Source: Candidatus Aminicenantes bacterium (GTDB lineage: Bacteria; Acidobacteriota; Aminicenantia; UBA2199). From it: 64,000 nt of DNA. Below the pieces are notes generated by a model. That model saw only the letters and a list, made by a program, of their open reading frames with translations, was not told where the DNA came from and did no database searches. The translations under genes and the position numbers were made by a program. Of this stretch, positions 11,044 to 22,418 are shown piece by piece (within the stretch, counting starts at the first letter, position 1; every line of letters starts with the position of its first letter). The stretch is from contig CAVYQZ010000010.1 of NCBI GenBank assembly GCA_963770755.1, forward strand, positions 807,251-871,250, in the 5' to 3' direction.

Positions 11044-12147
11044 TTAAATATTCAGGGGCATGATGATGTAAATAAAATTTGCCCTGCTGCTTTCCACTGG
11101 CTTAAAAAGAAATGAACTTTCACTGTCATTCAGGCCGATTGATATTTTTTCAGAACTGCTATGAGTTAAAAAATCAAGGACAAAATTTCCGTTAAAACCG
11201 ACATTCACCGCCCGGCCTTGATATTCAATGGGTATTTCATCATAACCTTCGCCTTTCTCGGGTGTGGTCCTTTCCAAAACTAATTTGTTCTTTGAAAATT
11301 TAAATAAAACTCCATTATTCCTGGTTTTAAAAATTAATATCCGTCGCAATGTCCTCAATAATTCATCAGAATTGACAACCGCTGTCTGTTCGGTTTTTTC
11401 GGGAATTACGGTTTTATAATTTGGAAATTTTTGATCTACAATGCGCGAGCATAAAACTCTGTTTTTATGCTTGAAAAAAAGATTGTTTTTATCATAAGCA
11501 AATTCAATTTCTCCATCACTGCCAATTTTAATAACTTCAAGAAGTGTTTTCCTGGAAAGGATATATTCCACAGGATCGGCAATGGAAAAATCAGCATCAA
11601 AAAATGTATAAGATAAGCGATGACCATCAGTAGCAGCCATTTCCAATTTATTTTCAGAAATATTTAACAACGCCCCGCCCAGGTTGAATTTTAATTCCGG
11701 AGAGATCACATAATAACAATTATTGATCATTGTCTGGAAATCACTTAAAGAAATTTTCAATGACTGGGAAAGATCATTAACCGGCAATTCAGGATAATCC
11801 GAAGACTGCAAACCCAACATTTTGTATTTACAAGTTTTTTTCTCATTAGTAATAATAATCTGTAAATCATTATCTTCAGAAATTTCAATCATGCCTTCGG
11901 GCATTTTCGAAATTAAATCATAAAGATCCTTGCCATTCACAGTAAAGGCTCCGGTCTTTTTAACGTCAACTTGAATGTTGGTGGTCAGGCCAATTTCCAA
12001 ATCGGTGGCTACCATTTCCAAAACTCCGCCATCCAGGGAGGTCAGTTTAATATTTTGCAAAATTTCCATTATTGCTTTTTTCTCAAAGATCCCTTGAAAT
12101 AAACGCAACTCATTTTCAAGTTTTTCTTTTTCCACAAAAATTTTCAT
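11044..12147 (-). CDS. dnaN: DNA polymerase III beta sliding clamp
   Basis: About 367 aa with a three-domain beta-clamp pattern and synteny dnaA-dnaN-recF. The track start at 12153 is a TTG; an in-frame ATG at 12145-12147 is the likelier start. Confidence 0.9.
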   Translation of the reverse strand: MKIFVEKEKLENELRLFQGIFEKKAIMEILQNIKLTSLDGGVLEMVATDLEIGLTTNIQVDVKKTGAFTVNGKDLYDLISKMPEGMIEISEDNDLQIIITNEKKTCKYKMLGLQSSDYPELPVNDLSQSLKISLSDFQTMINNCYYVISPELKFNLGGALLNISENKLEMAATDGHRLSYTFFDADFSIADPVEYILSRKTLLEVIKIGSDGEIEFAYDKNNLFFKHKNRVLCSRIVDQKFPNYKTVIPEKTEQTAVVNSDELLRTLRRILIFKTRNNGVLFKFSKNKLVLERTTPEKGEGYDEIPIEYQGRAVNVGFNGNFVLDFLTHSSSEKISIGLNDSESSFLFKPVESSRANFIYIIMPLNI

Positions 12148-12300
12148 ATTCAACCTGCCTTATTATTTAAATAAAATATATAATAATAAAAATAAAAGAA
12201 ACAAGCAATAAGGAAAAGTGGAAAAATTCGCAGATCACCATGGGGTGTGATTTTTTTGTTTTTAGTGAGTGTTGAAAACTTGTGACCAATGTTGAAAAAT
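12148..12300. promoter_or_regulatory. AT-rich dnaA-dnaN intergenic region, candidate DNA-unwinding element (second half of a bipartite oriC)
   Basis: About 85% AT over 12160-12215 (tattatttaaataaaatatataataataaaaataaaag). DnaA-box-like TTTTCCACA at 12128-12136 and TTTTCCACT (reverse strand) at about 12217-12229. Confidence 0.45.
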
Positions 12301-13635
12301 TCAATCAGTAAAAAATTCAACATAGTAATTAACTTTTCTTGAAAAGTCATTGTCGGTTTGAAGCATCCTTTCAATTTTTTTAATAGAATGGAGTACGGTT
12401 GTATGGTGTTTTCCTCCAAATGAACTTCCTATTTCCACCAGAGGATAACGGGTAAGCTTTTTGGCCAGGTACATGGCGACTTGTCTTGGCAAGGCTATTT
12501 TCGGGGAATTGTTTTTAGATTTTAATTCCTCGATTTTTATATCAAATTTTTCTGAAACAAATTCTTGAATGGTATCAATCGTAATGATTTTTCTTTCAAT
12601 ATTAATATAAGGCTTCAAAGCTTCTTTAGCAAAAGGAAGTGTGATGTCGGCTGATTGCTGCTCGGAATGTTTTAGATCGGCATAGCCAAGAAGCCTATTC
12701 AGTGCTCCTTCAAGTTTCCTTATATTATCCTTGATGGAAGTTGCTAAAAAATAAACTACTTCTTTGGAAATCACGAAATCATTATGGAAGGTGTTTTTTC
12801 TTTCAGCGATTTTTTTTTGCAAAATGGCAATTCTGGCCTCTAAATCATAAGGAAGAATGTCAACAATAGCTCCCATTTCAAATCTTGATTTTATCCTCTT
12901 TTCAAGGTCGGGCATATTATCCGGATGCTTGTCCGAGCAAATAACAATTTGTTTTTCCTGTTGGATCAAACTGTTAAATATGTAATAAAATTGTTCACTG
13001 GTTCCACCCCATTTGGTGATATATTGAATATCATCGATTAGCAAGACATCTATTGAAGTATATTTTTTTAAAAACTCCGAACGTTTATTCAAGCGAGTAT
13101 ATTCGACATATTCATTCATAAAATCACTGGTGGTCAGATAAATCACATTAATTTTGTCGTTATTGTCCACAATCCGGTTTCCGATAGCCTGCATGAGATG
13201 CGTTTTGCCAAGGCCGACGTCGCTGTAAATATAAAGAGGATTGTAGGATTTTCCCGGAAACTCTGATACGCTATAAGAAAAAGAATAAGCAATGCGATTG
13301 GAATCACTTTGAACCAAAGAATCGAAGGTATATTTTTTTTGCAAGTGCGATTCAAGATTAAGGTTTTTTTTCGTCCCTTCCCGGCCATGCTGGATGTTTT
13401 CTTCTTCACCTAAAGGGACTATCTTGGTTATAAAGTCAAAATTGCTTTTTGTGTAGCTGTTTATATTATCAAGCAGATTTTGTTTGATCCAAAGCAGATT
13501 TTTTTGTTCTGGTGCCCCCAGAAAAAGCGTGTTTTCAAGAGAACCAATGTATTTTAGTGGTTCAATCCATTTTTTGTAAGATGGCTCATCCAATACGCCT
13601 TTCAGATAATTGGTTAATTTTTCCAGATTGTTCAT
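12301..13635 (-). CDS. dnaA: Chromosomal replication initiator DnaA
   Basis: Contains the AAA+ Walker A GLGKTHLMQAIGN and a C-terminal DNA-binding helix-turn-helix. The likely true start is the ATG at 13633-13635 (MNNLEKL...). The track ORF extends to 13746 through the DnaA-box region. Confidence 0.95.
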   Translation of the reverse strand: MNNLEKLTNYLKGVLDEPSYKKWIEPLKYIGSLENTLFLGAPEQKNLLWIKQNLLDNINSYTKSNFDFITKIVPLGEEENIQHGREGTKKNLNLESHLQKKYTFDSLVQSDSNRIAYSFSYSVSEFPGKSYNPLYIYSDVGLGKTHLMQAIGNRIVDNNDKINVIYLTTSDFMNEYVEYTRLNKRSEFLKKYTSIDVLLIDDIQYITKWGGTSEQFYYIFNSLIQQEKQIVICSDKHPDNMPDLEKRIKSRFEMGAIVDILPYDLEARIAILQKKIAERKNTFHNDFVISKEVVYFLATSIKDNIRKLEGALNRLLGYADLKHSEQQSADITLPFAKEALKPYINIERKIITIDTIQEFVSEKFDIKIEELKSKNNSPKIALPRQVAMYLAKKLTRYPLVEIGSSFGGKHHTTVLHSIKKIERMLQTDNDFSRKVNYYVEFFTD

Positions 13636-13639
13636 TAGC

Positions 13640-13785
13640 TCACCATTTTCCACAAATATTTTAACAAATGTGGAAAAACGTAATATTTCCAGTCCTAAAA
13701 ACCAGTTGCATTGCCTAATCCTAGTGTAAAAAGTATTAAGTGTCAAGCCTTGACAAATAAAAAATTATTTGCTTAGATAGTATCC
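13640..13785. promoter_or_regulatory. oriC/dnaA promoter region with an inverted pair of DnaA boxes
   Basis: TTTTCCACA at 13646-13654 and its reverse complement TGTGGAAAA at 13669-13677, 11 bp upstream of the dnaA start. The intergenic region between divergent dnaA and the glnA-like gene is AT-rich. Confidence 0.6.
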
Positions 13786-15165
13786 ATGAAAGACAAAGCA
13801 ATATTCAATCAAGTACAAAAAAAAATCCATGAATTACAGGTAGAATTCTTAGATTTAAAAATCCTTGATCTAAAAGGTAAACTACACTCATTGTTACTGC
13901 CAAGTAAAATGTTGGATTCCAAATTATTTGAGAACGGGGTTGGTTTCGATGCTTCTTCTTATGGATTTGCCAAGCCGGAAAAAAGTGATATGGTAATGAT
14001 CCCAGATTTGGAAACAATGATTATTGATCCTTTCCGGGAAAGAAAAACCGCGGTTTTCCTGGCCAACATCCATTTGGCTGACAATATGCGCACCCGCTTT
14101 GCTGAAGACCCGCGTTTCGTCGCTCTCAAGGCTGAAGAAGCTCTAATAAAATCAAAATTTGGAACCAGTGCTTTATTTGGACCCGAATTTGAATTTTTTA
14201 TTTTCAAAGAAGTTGGTTTTGGGGTTAGTTCTGAAGGAAGTTACTATTTTTTAAAGAAAGACAGTGAGGAAAAAAGAAATTTTTATCACGCCGGCTCTCC
14301 CGACGATGAATTTATTGATTTCAAAAATGAGGCGGTTTGTCTACTGCAGAATTTGGGAATTGATATCAAGTATCATCACCATGAAGTTGCCGTCAACCAG
14401 CATGAAATCGAAACCAAGTTCCACACTTTACTAAAAACTGCCGATCAAGCCGTCATTATCAAATATGTATTATTCAACCTGGCTAAAAAACATAACTTGT
14501 TTGTGACCTTTATGCCCAAGCCGTTTTTTGGGAAAGCCGGGAATGGCTGGCATGTTCACCAATATGTCAAAAATAAGGACAAGAATATTTTTCTAAAAAA
14601 AGGTAATTATGCCAACCTTTCAGAAATCGGACTTCATTATATGTCGGGACTTTTGTTTCATTCTGGATCTTTGTGTGCTTTCTCGAATCCATCAACAAAT
14701 TCTTATAAAAGATTGATAAGGGGATTCGAAGCCCCGGTTTCGGCAATTTTCGCCACATCCAACCGGAACGCCGCTATCCGCATTCCCGCCTATGTAAATG
14801 AAAGCGAAACACGCATTGAATATCGGCCGGGAGATGCCGCCTCCAATCCCTATTTGTTTTTATCAGCCATGTTACTGTCTGGTATTGACGGAATTTTTAA
14901 AAACATATCGCCTGAAAAATTTAATTTTGGACCCTTTGATACCGGGATACCGGAAACAAAAGGTTTTAAAAACAAGATCAAAGAACTTCCAGAGAGCCTT
15001 GCAGAAGCCCTTGATTGTTTGGAAAAAGATAATGAATATCTTAAATACAACAAAGTGTTCGATTCAGACCTCATACAACAATGGATAAAAATTAAAAAGC
15101 AGGAAATCGCCGAAGTGTTCCAGGTCCCCAATCCCAAAGAATTCGAACAGTATTTTAACTTCTGA
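13786..15165 (+). CDS. glnA: Glutamine synthetase family protein (glutamate-ammonia ligase-like)
   Basis: 459 aa with a GS beta-grasp (FGPEFEFFIF) and the HHHEVAVNQHEIE signature matching the GS HHEVA-x-GQ-x-E motif. Confidence 0.8.
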   Translation: MKDKAIFNQVQKKIHELQVEFLDLKILDLKGKLHSLLLPSKMLDSKLFENGVGFDASSYGFAKPEKSDMVMIPDLETMIIDPFRERKTAVFLANIHLADNMRTRFAEDPRFVALKAEEALIKSKFGTSALFGPEFEFFIFKEVGFGVSSEGSYYFLKKDSEEKRNFYHAGSPDDEFIDFKNEAVCLLQNLGIDIKYHHHEVAVNQHEIETKFHTLLKTADQAVIIKYVLFNLAKKHNLFVTFMPKPFFGKAGNGWHVHQYVKNKDKNIFLKKGNYANLSEIGLHYMSGLLFHSGSLCAFSNPSTNSYKRLIRGFEAPVSAIFATSNRNAAIRIPAYVNESETRIEYRPGDAASNPYLFLSAMLLSGIDGIFKNISPEKFNFGPFDTGIPETKGFKNKIKELPESLAEALDCLEKDNEYLKYNKVFDSDLIQQWIKIKKQEIAEVFQVPNPKEFEQYFNF

Positions 15166-15348
15166 TTTTGTTGAAAAAAACATTGAAGCGGATGGCGGCA
15201 ATCGTGGTCATATTACTGGTTTTATTTTCTCCCGTTTTACTATTTTTTGATTTCCAGAGATTCACTCCGTTCGTTTTAACCATTTGGCTCCTTTCCGCGG
15301 TTTATTTTGTTTTTATTAAGGACCGGCTTTAATAGATATTTTTAAATT

Positions 15349-15364
15349 GGTTTCACGTGAAACA
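15349..15364. promoter_or_regulatory. parS centromere-like site (one mismatch)
   Basis: GGTTTCACGTGAAACA differs at one position from the consensus TGTTTCACGTGAAACA. It lies just upstream of rsmG. Confidence 0.75.
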
Positions 15365-15367
15365 ATT

Positions 15368-15937
15368 ATGGATGGGGCCATGGAAATTGATGCCTATATA
15401 GATTTTTTGCTCGCCTACAATCAAAATGTAAATCTGGTTTCAAAAAAATCGACCCGGGAAACCCTGAAAGTTCTTATTTCCGAATCCTTATTGTTAAAAA
15501 AACACCTATCAACCCCTTTTGTTGTTGATGCGGGTAGTGGTGGCGGATTACTGGGGATACCGCTGGCCTTGTTTTTTCCGGAAAAAAAACTGGTTTTGGT
15601 GGAAGCGATTCAAAAAAAAACAATGTTTTTAAAATTGGCTATTAGTAAACTGGATTTAAAAAATACAGAAGCTTGGAGAGGCTCAATACAAGAATACATG
15701 CAGCAGCAAAAAATGGGCGCCAGCACGATAATATCCAGAGGGTTCCCGCATATTGAAATTTTGGTTGATTATGTATTAAAAAAAAGAATCAAGGAGTTGA
15801 TTCTGATAACATCACCATTAAAAATCAACATAATAAAAAATAAACTGGCAAATATCCGCCAAACCAGCTATAATGTTCCTTCAAGGGACAATTTAGTAAT
15901 TTTTAAAATGGAGAATGTTTCACGTGAAACAAAATAA
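15368..15937 (+). CDS. rsmG: 16S rRNA (guanine527-N7)-methyltransferase RsmG (GidB)
   Basis: SAM-methyltransferase motif VVDAGSGGGLLGIPLALFFP and its position upstream of parAB. Start taken at the ATG at 15368; the track begins at 15347. Confidence 0.85.
   Translation: MDGAMEIDAYIDFLLAYNQNVNLVSKKSTRETLKVLISESLLLKKHLSTPFVVDAGSGGGLLGIPLALFFPEKKLVLVEAIQKKTMFLKLAISKLDLKNTEAWRGSIQEYMQQQKMGASTIISRGFPHIEILVDYVLKKRIKELILITSPLKINIIKNKLANIRQTSYNVPSRDNLVIFKMENVSRETK
15916..15931. promoter_or_regulatory. parS centromere-like site (perfect consensus)
   Basis: TGTTTCACGTGAAACA at the 3' end of rsmG, immediately upstream of parA. Confidence 0.85.
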
Positions 15938-15939
15938 TT

Positions 15940-16698
15940 GTGGGTGAAATTATAGCTGTTGCCAATCAAAAAGGCGGAGTGGGAAAGACCACCACGGCGA
16001 TAAATTTATCTGCCGCTCTGGCGGTTGCCGAAAAGCGTGTTTTATTGATCGATCTTGATCCTCAAGCCAATGCCACAACGGGAATTGGCTTGAATAAAAA
16101 TCAAAATAAAAAAGACATTTATTCTATTTTGAATGGTGAAAATTCTATTCGTGAAGCGATTGTTCCAACCGACTTGAAGTATCTGAATATCATTCCCTCT
16201 ACACGAAATTTAGCCAAGTTTGAGCTGGAAACGGTTTCTGAAGACAACAATCACCTCTATTTAAAAAATGTTTTGCGGGATCTAGAGGGGGAGTATGATT
16301 ATTTATTCATTGACTTGCCGCCATCTTTGGGCTTATTGACAATAAACGCCCTGACTGCTGCGCATAACGTTTTAATTCCAATCCAGGCTGAATATTATGC
16401 GTTGGAGGGGTTGTCGGATTTGATGAATACGATTAACCGGATTAAAGAACATTTTAACCCCATCCTTGAGATCAAAGGCGTTCTTATAACCATGCATGAC
16501 GAACGTACTAATCTTGCCAGGCAGATTGAGGCTGAATTGAGGAATTATTTTAAATCAAAAGTATACGATACAATTATTCCGCGGAATATCCGCTTGTCCG
16601 AAGCGCCCAGCTTTGGAAAGCCGATCCAGGTTTATGATATCAACTCGACGGGGGCTCGGGCATATCTGTCTTTGGCCAAGGAGATGATGAAAAAATGA
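15940..16698 (+). CDS. parA: Chromosome partitioning ATPase ParA/Soj
   Basis: Deviant Walker A IAVANQKGGVGKTTTAINLSAALA; GTG start. Confidence 0.9.
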   Translation: MGEIIAVANQKGGVGKTTTAINLSAALAVAEKRVLLIDLDPQANATTGIGLNKNQNKKDIYSILNGENSIREAIVPTDLKYLNIIPSTRNLAKFELETVSEDNNHLYLKNVLRDLEGEYDYLFIDLPPSLGLLTINALTAAHNVLIPIQAEYYALEGLSDLMNTINRIKEHFNPILEIKGVLITMHDERTNLARQIEAELRNYFKSKVYDTIIPRNIRLSEAPSFGKPIQVYDINSTGARAYLSLAKEMMKK

Positions 16699-17543
16699 AA
16701 CGAAACGTTTTGGGCAAGGGAATAGCCGCAATCATTTCTAATGAGCCCATCGAGGAAAAGAAACTTTTTGATATTGAAGTTGACAATATTTATCCCAATC
16801 CTTTTCAACCGCGCAAGAATTTTCAAGGGGATGCGCTTCGGCAATTGGCTGAATCAATGAAAGAAATGGGGATCATTCAACCTGTGGTGGTTTTTAAACG
16901 TGAGGGCAAGTATTTCCTTGTTGTCGGTGAAAGGCGTTGGCGGGCAGCCCAATTATTAAAGTGGGAAAAGATTCCGGCTTTAATCAAGGAGTTTTCCGAT
17001 AATGATGTTATGGCCGAAGCCTTGATTGAAAACATTCAAAGAGAAGAATTGAACGCCATGGAAATTGCTGAAGGCATTGAAGCGCTTATTTCGCAGAGCG
17101 GTCAAGGCCAGCAGGAAATTGCGGATAAGCTAGGCATGAATCGGACGACTGTAACTAATTTTTTGAGACTTTTAAAATTGCCGGTAAAGATCAAAGAATA
17201 TGTGGCCGGTGAAAAACTTGACCAGGGCCATGCCCGCGCCTTGCTTTCCCTGAAAAACAATGCAGACATGCTGGAAATTGCAGAAAAGATAATCAGGAAG
17301 AAGCTTTCTGTCCGTCAAGCTGAAATGATGGTAAAAAATTTTTATGTTTTACCGGAACCGATTGTTCCCGATCCTGATATTCTAAAAATGGAAAATAGAC
17401 TGATTCAGTTATTGTCCAGCAAGGTAAAATTAGCTTATAAAAAATCGGGAACTGGAAAAATCGAGATTTTCTTTGATTCTCTTGCTGAATTTGAACGTTT
17501 GTTTTCCATTTTGACCAAGGAGAAAAAAGATGAAACAAATTGA
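16695..17543 (+). CDS. parB: Chromosome partitioning protein ParB/Spo0J
   Basis: ParB box (IQPVVVF ... GERRWRAAQL) and a helix-turn-helix. Overlaps the parA stop. Confidence 0.9.
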   Translation: MKRNVLGKGIAAIISNEPIEEKKLFDIEVDNIYPNPFQPRKNFQGDALRQLAESMKEMGIIQPVVVFKREGKYFLVVGERRWRAAQLLKWEKIPALIKEFSDNDVMAEALIENIQREELNAMEIAEGIEALISQSGQGQQEIADKLGMNRTTVTNFLRLLKLPVKIKEYVAGEKLDQGHARALLSLKNNADMLEIAEKIIRKKLSVRQAEMMVKNFYVLPEPIVPDPDILKMENRLIQLLSSKVKLAYKKSGTGKIEIFFDSLAEFERLFSILTKEKKDETN

Positions 17544-17912
17544 ACCGGCACCGCGGATAAGTGGATTTATTGATCGGGAGACAGAACTTATCGGAGATAT
17601 TAAATTCAAGGAAAATTTTAGAATTGATGGTGTTTTTAAAGGAAAGATTTTATCCGGCAACGGCTTGATTATTGGTGAAACGGCTGAAATTGAAGCGGAT
17701 ATCGATGTGAGTAGTTTAACCATTAACGGGCGCGTAAAGGGTACAATTAAAGCCAAGGACCGGATTGAAATATTTTCCAAGGGCCGGGTGATCGGAACCG
17801 TTACCACGCCAAAATTAATCATTGAAGAAGGGGCATTTTTTCAAGGATCATGCCAAATGGAAATGAAAGCTTTGGAGAGTAAGAACCGGGGAGTAGATGA
17901 AAAAATTGTGAA

Positions 17913-17916
<4 letters not shown>
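17530..17916 (+). CDS. Bactofilin (DUF583) cytoskeletal protein
   Basis: 128 aa. Repetitive beta-helix segments I-x-G-x-V-x-G (IDGVFKGKILSGNGLIIGETAEIEADIDV ... INGRVKGTIKAKDRIEIFSKGRVIGTV). Overlaps the parB 3' end by 14 nt. Confidence 0.8.
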
Positions 17917-20241
<2,325 letters not shown>

Positions 20242-20266
20242 CCGTAATAAGTTATTGATATCGGTC

Positions 20267-21160
20267 TTATTCGCGTGATTTAACAAACTCGAGATGGATC
20301 GATTTGACCATGGCCGATAAATTAATCAATTGCGCTTCACGCGGACCATCAACGGTTGGCAAAGAATAATCCCTGGCTGACAGTTTTTCGGCGATGGCAT
20401 TAAAATCATTGCTGATCTGCAATTCCTGAAATATTATGTTTTTTAACTTTTGTGTCTCCAGCAGCGAGCGGCTAAAAAATCCTTGAATATTATTGCGGCC
20501 TTTTATGATCTGGTTGTGGGGCAGGGCCAGTATTTCCGCATTCAGAGCCCTTATTTTTTCTATTGATTTGAAGTATTGCCTATAACTGGACAAAAAAAGC
20601 GGTTTGATGGTTCCATTTTTTTCAATAATGCCTGCCGCATCGCCAGGAAAGAGGACATTATCAGGCTGCAAAAAAAAAGAAATCGAGCAACGGGAGTGGC
20701 CGGGGGTTTCAAAGACCTGCAGCCATTGGTCATGTGAAATCGGGATTTTATCTCCTTCCTGTACTGTGGCAATATTTTCAGGGGTGGTAACGTGCATGGT
20801 CATGACTTGGTTGAGCAGGCGATTGAATTCATGATTAAGTTTGTCGATAAACTCAATGGCTTTGGGATTTTGCAAAATTTCTTTGGTTCTTTGCGAGGCC
20901 AGAATTTTAAAATTGTGCTTGGCTTGCAGAAATGAGCAAGCTCCGGTATGGTCATAATGGGAATGGGTTAACAGAACCTCATCAATTTTGTCAGTTTTTA
21001 AAATATTGTTCAGAGATTCCTCGATTCGCGGTCCTTTGGCCAGTATAGCGCAATCCACCAATATGTTTTTTGGGCCACGAATAAGATAAACGGGAAACAT
21101 GGAGTCGTGAATCACAAAAACATTGTTGATGATATTGGAAAAATTTTTTATTCTTACCAT
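20267..21160 (-). CDS. MBL-fold metallo-hydrolase
   Basis: LLTHSHYDHTGA, the HxHxDH beta-lactamase-fold motif. Confidence 0.75.
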   Translation of the reverse strand: MVRIKNFSNIINNVFVIHDSMFPVYLIRGPKNILVDCAILAKGPRIEESLNNILKTDKIDEVLLTHSHYDHTGACSFLQAKHNFKILASQRTKEILQNPKAIEFIDKLNHEFNRLLNQVMTMHVTTPENIATVQEGDKIPISHDQWLQVFETPGHSRCSISFFLQPDNVLFPGDAAGIIEKNGTIKPLFLSSYRQYFKSIEKIRALNAEILALPHNQIIKGRNNIQGFFSRSLLETQKLKNIIFQELQISNDFNAIAEKLSARDYSLPTVDGPREAQLINLSAMVKSIHLEFVKSRE

Positions 21161-21666
21161 GAATCCCAGCTGACTAATTCCTGCAATGATTTTCGCATCC
21201 TGGCCGACGGGATCTGTTCGGGGTATCCCAAACTCATCAGTTCCACAATACGTGTGTTTTGCGGGACGCCCAAAATCGTTTTAGCTTCATTTTCATCGAA
21301 AGAACCAATCCAGCAAGTACCCAAACCTTCACGCACCGCTTGCAAGGCAATATGCTCCAGAACTATGGCCAGGTCGATCAGAAAAGCAGGATGGCCGCAG
21401 CGCATAATATACGTGGGATTCAGAGCACATGCAGCGATGATGAGCTGTGCTCCCTTCAGGAATTGTTGGTGGGGTGAAGATAAATCGACAAGTTTGCTTT
21501 TTATATCGGTGTTTTTCACTAAAATTAATTTCCAATCCTGCTGATTACGCGCGGTTGGTGCTAAGCGGGCGGCTTCCAGTATGCGGGTTATTTTTTCAGG
21601 TTCGATGGCTTGTGAGCTGTATTCTCGGATTGAACGGCGATTAATGATCTCTTCAATGATTGTCAC
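21154..21666 (-). CDS. Nitroreductase family protein
   Basis: 170 aa with N-terminal RRSIREY and a flavin-nitroreductase fold pattern. Confidence 0.75.
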   Translation of the reverse strand: MTIIEEIINRRSIREYSSQAIEPEKITRILEAARLAPTARNQQDWKLILVKNTDIKSKLVDLSSPHQQFLKGAQLIIAACALNPTYIMRCGHPAFLIDLAIVLEHIALQAVREGLGTCWIGSFDENEAKTILGVPQNTRIVELMSLGYPEQIPSARMRKSLQELVSWDSW

Positions 21667-22277
21667 AAATAATAAACGCCCCCAAGTAAAAATACGAATG
21701 ACTGACTTTTCACCAAAGCTTCGGGATCATTTAAAAAATTACTAAACCAATAGTTATAGCGAATTTCGGCGAATAATCCCCACTTGCCGATGGGATACTC
21801 ATAGCCCAGCAAAGCATTGAAAGCCAGGATGAATTTTTTTGTCATGTCGCTCAAATTATAACTCTCATTGCTTTCAGGTAAAGTTAAATGGTGTGAAGTG
21901 ATAAATACAAATTCGGGTCCGAAAGCAATGTAAGGCGATGCTTTTTCTTTATATTGGTATTTGAAAAGGAGTGGAATTCCAATGGAACTGTTCTTATAAA
22001 TACCCGAAACGATCGCGTTCGGAGAATTAATGATGGATACCTTTGCGCCTTTCTGGTTGAACATGGCGTTGATTTCCAGTTTCATGTTCTTGTTCAGGCT
22101 AAACGCCCACCCCAAGCCGAACGCCATTCCCGATTTGTGCTGCTGGTCCATAGAATCCGTCGAGCTTGAAAACACGTATTTGCTGGAATTCAGTCCGAGC
22201 ATGACCTTGATGTCATTCGCTCGTACCACTTGCACAAAAAAAAATAAAACAAACACCATTGCGATTTTATTCTTCAT
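21663..22277 (-). CDS. Outer-membrane beta-barrel protein (porin-family small OMP) with signal peptide
   Basis: 204 aa with an N-terminal signal (MKNKIAMVFVLFFFVQVVRA) and alternating hydrophobic beta-strand pattern. Confidence 0.6.
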   Translation of the reverse strand: MKNKIAMVFVLFFFVQVVRANDIKVMLGLNSSKYVFSSSTDSMDQQHKSGMAFGLGWAFSLNKNMKLEINAMFNQKGAKVSIINSPNAIVSGIYKNSSIGIPLLFKYQYKEKASPYIAFGPEFVFITSHHLTLPESNESYNLSDMTKKFILAFNALLGYEYPIGKWGLFAEIRYNYWFSNFLNDPEALVKSQSFVFLLGGVYYL

Positions 22278-22418
22278 TTACTAGAGAGTAGCATAGTCTT
22301 GTCTGTTTTTCAACGGGTCAGGCTGTGTCTTTCGTACAAGTCAGAAAACCCCAATTTTTCAGTTTTTAATGATTTTTTGCTCGGATCTGTAACGGATAAT
22401 TTTCTGTTTAAAAATAAC

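Noticed and set aside
12150..12419. 89-aa minus-strand ORF spanning the dnaA 3' end and the AT-rich spacer
   Set aside because: Overlaps the dnaA C-terminus in another frame and runs through the candidate DUE. The product is a low-complexity AT-rich translation.
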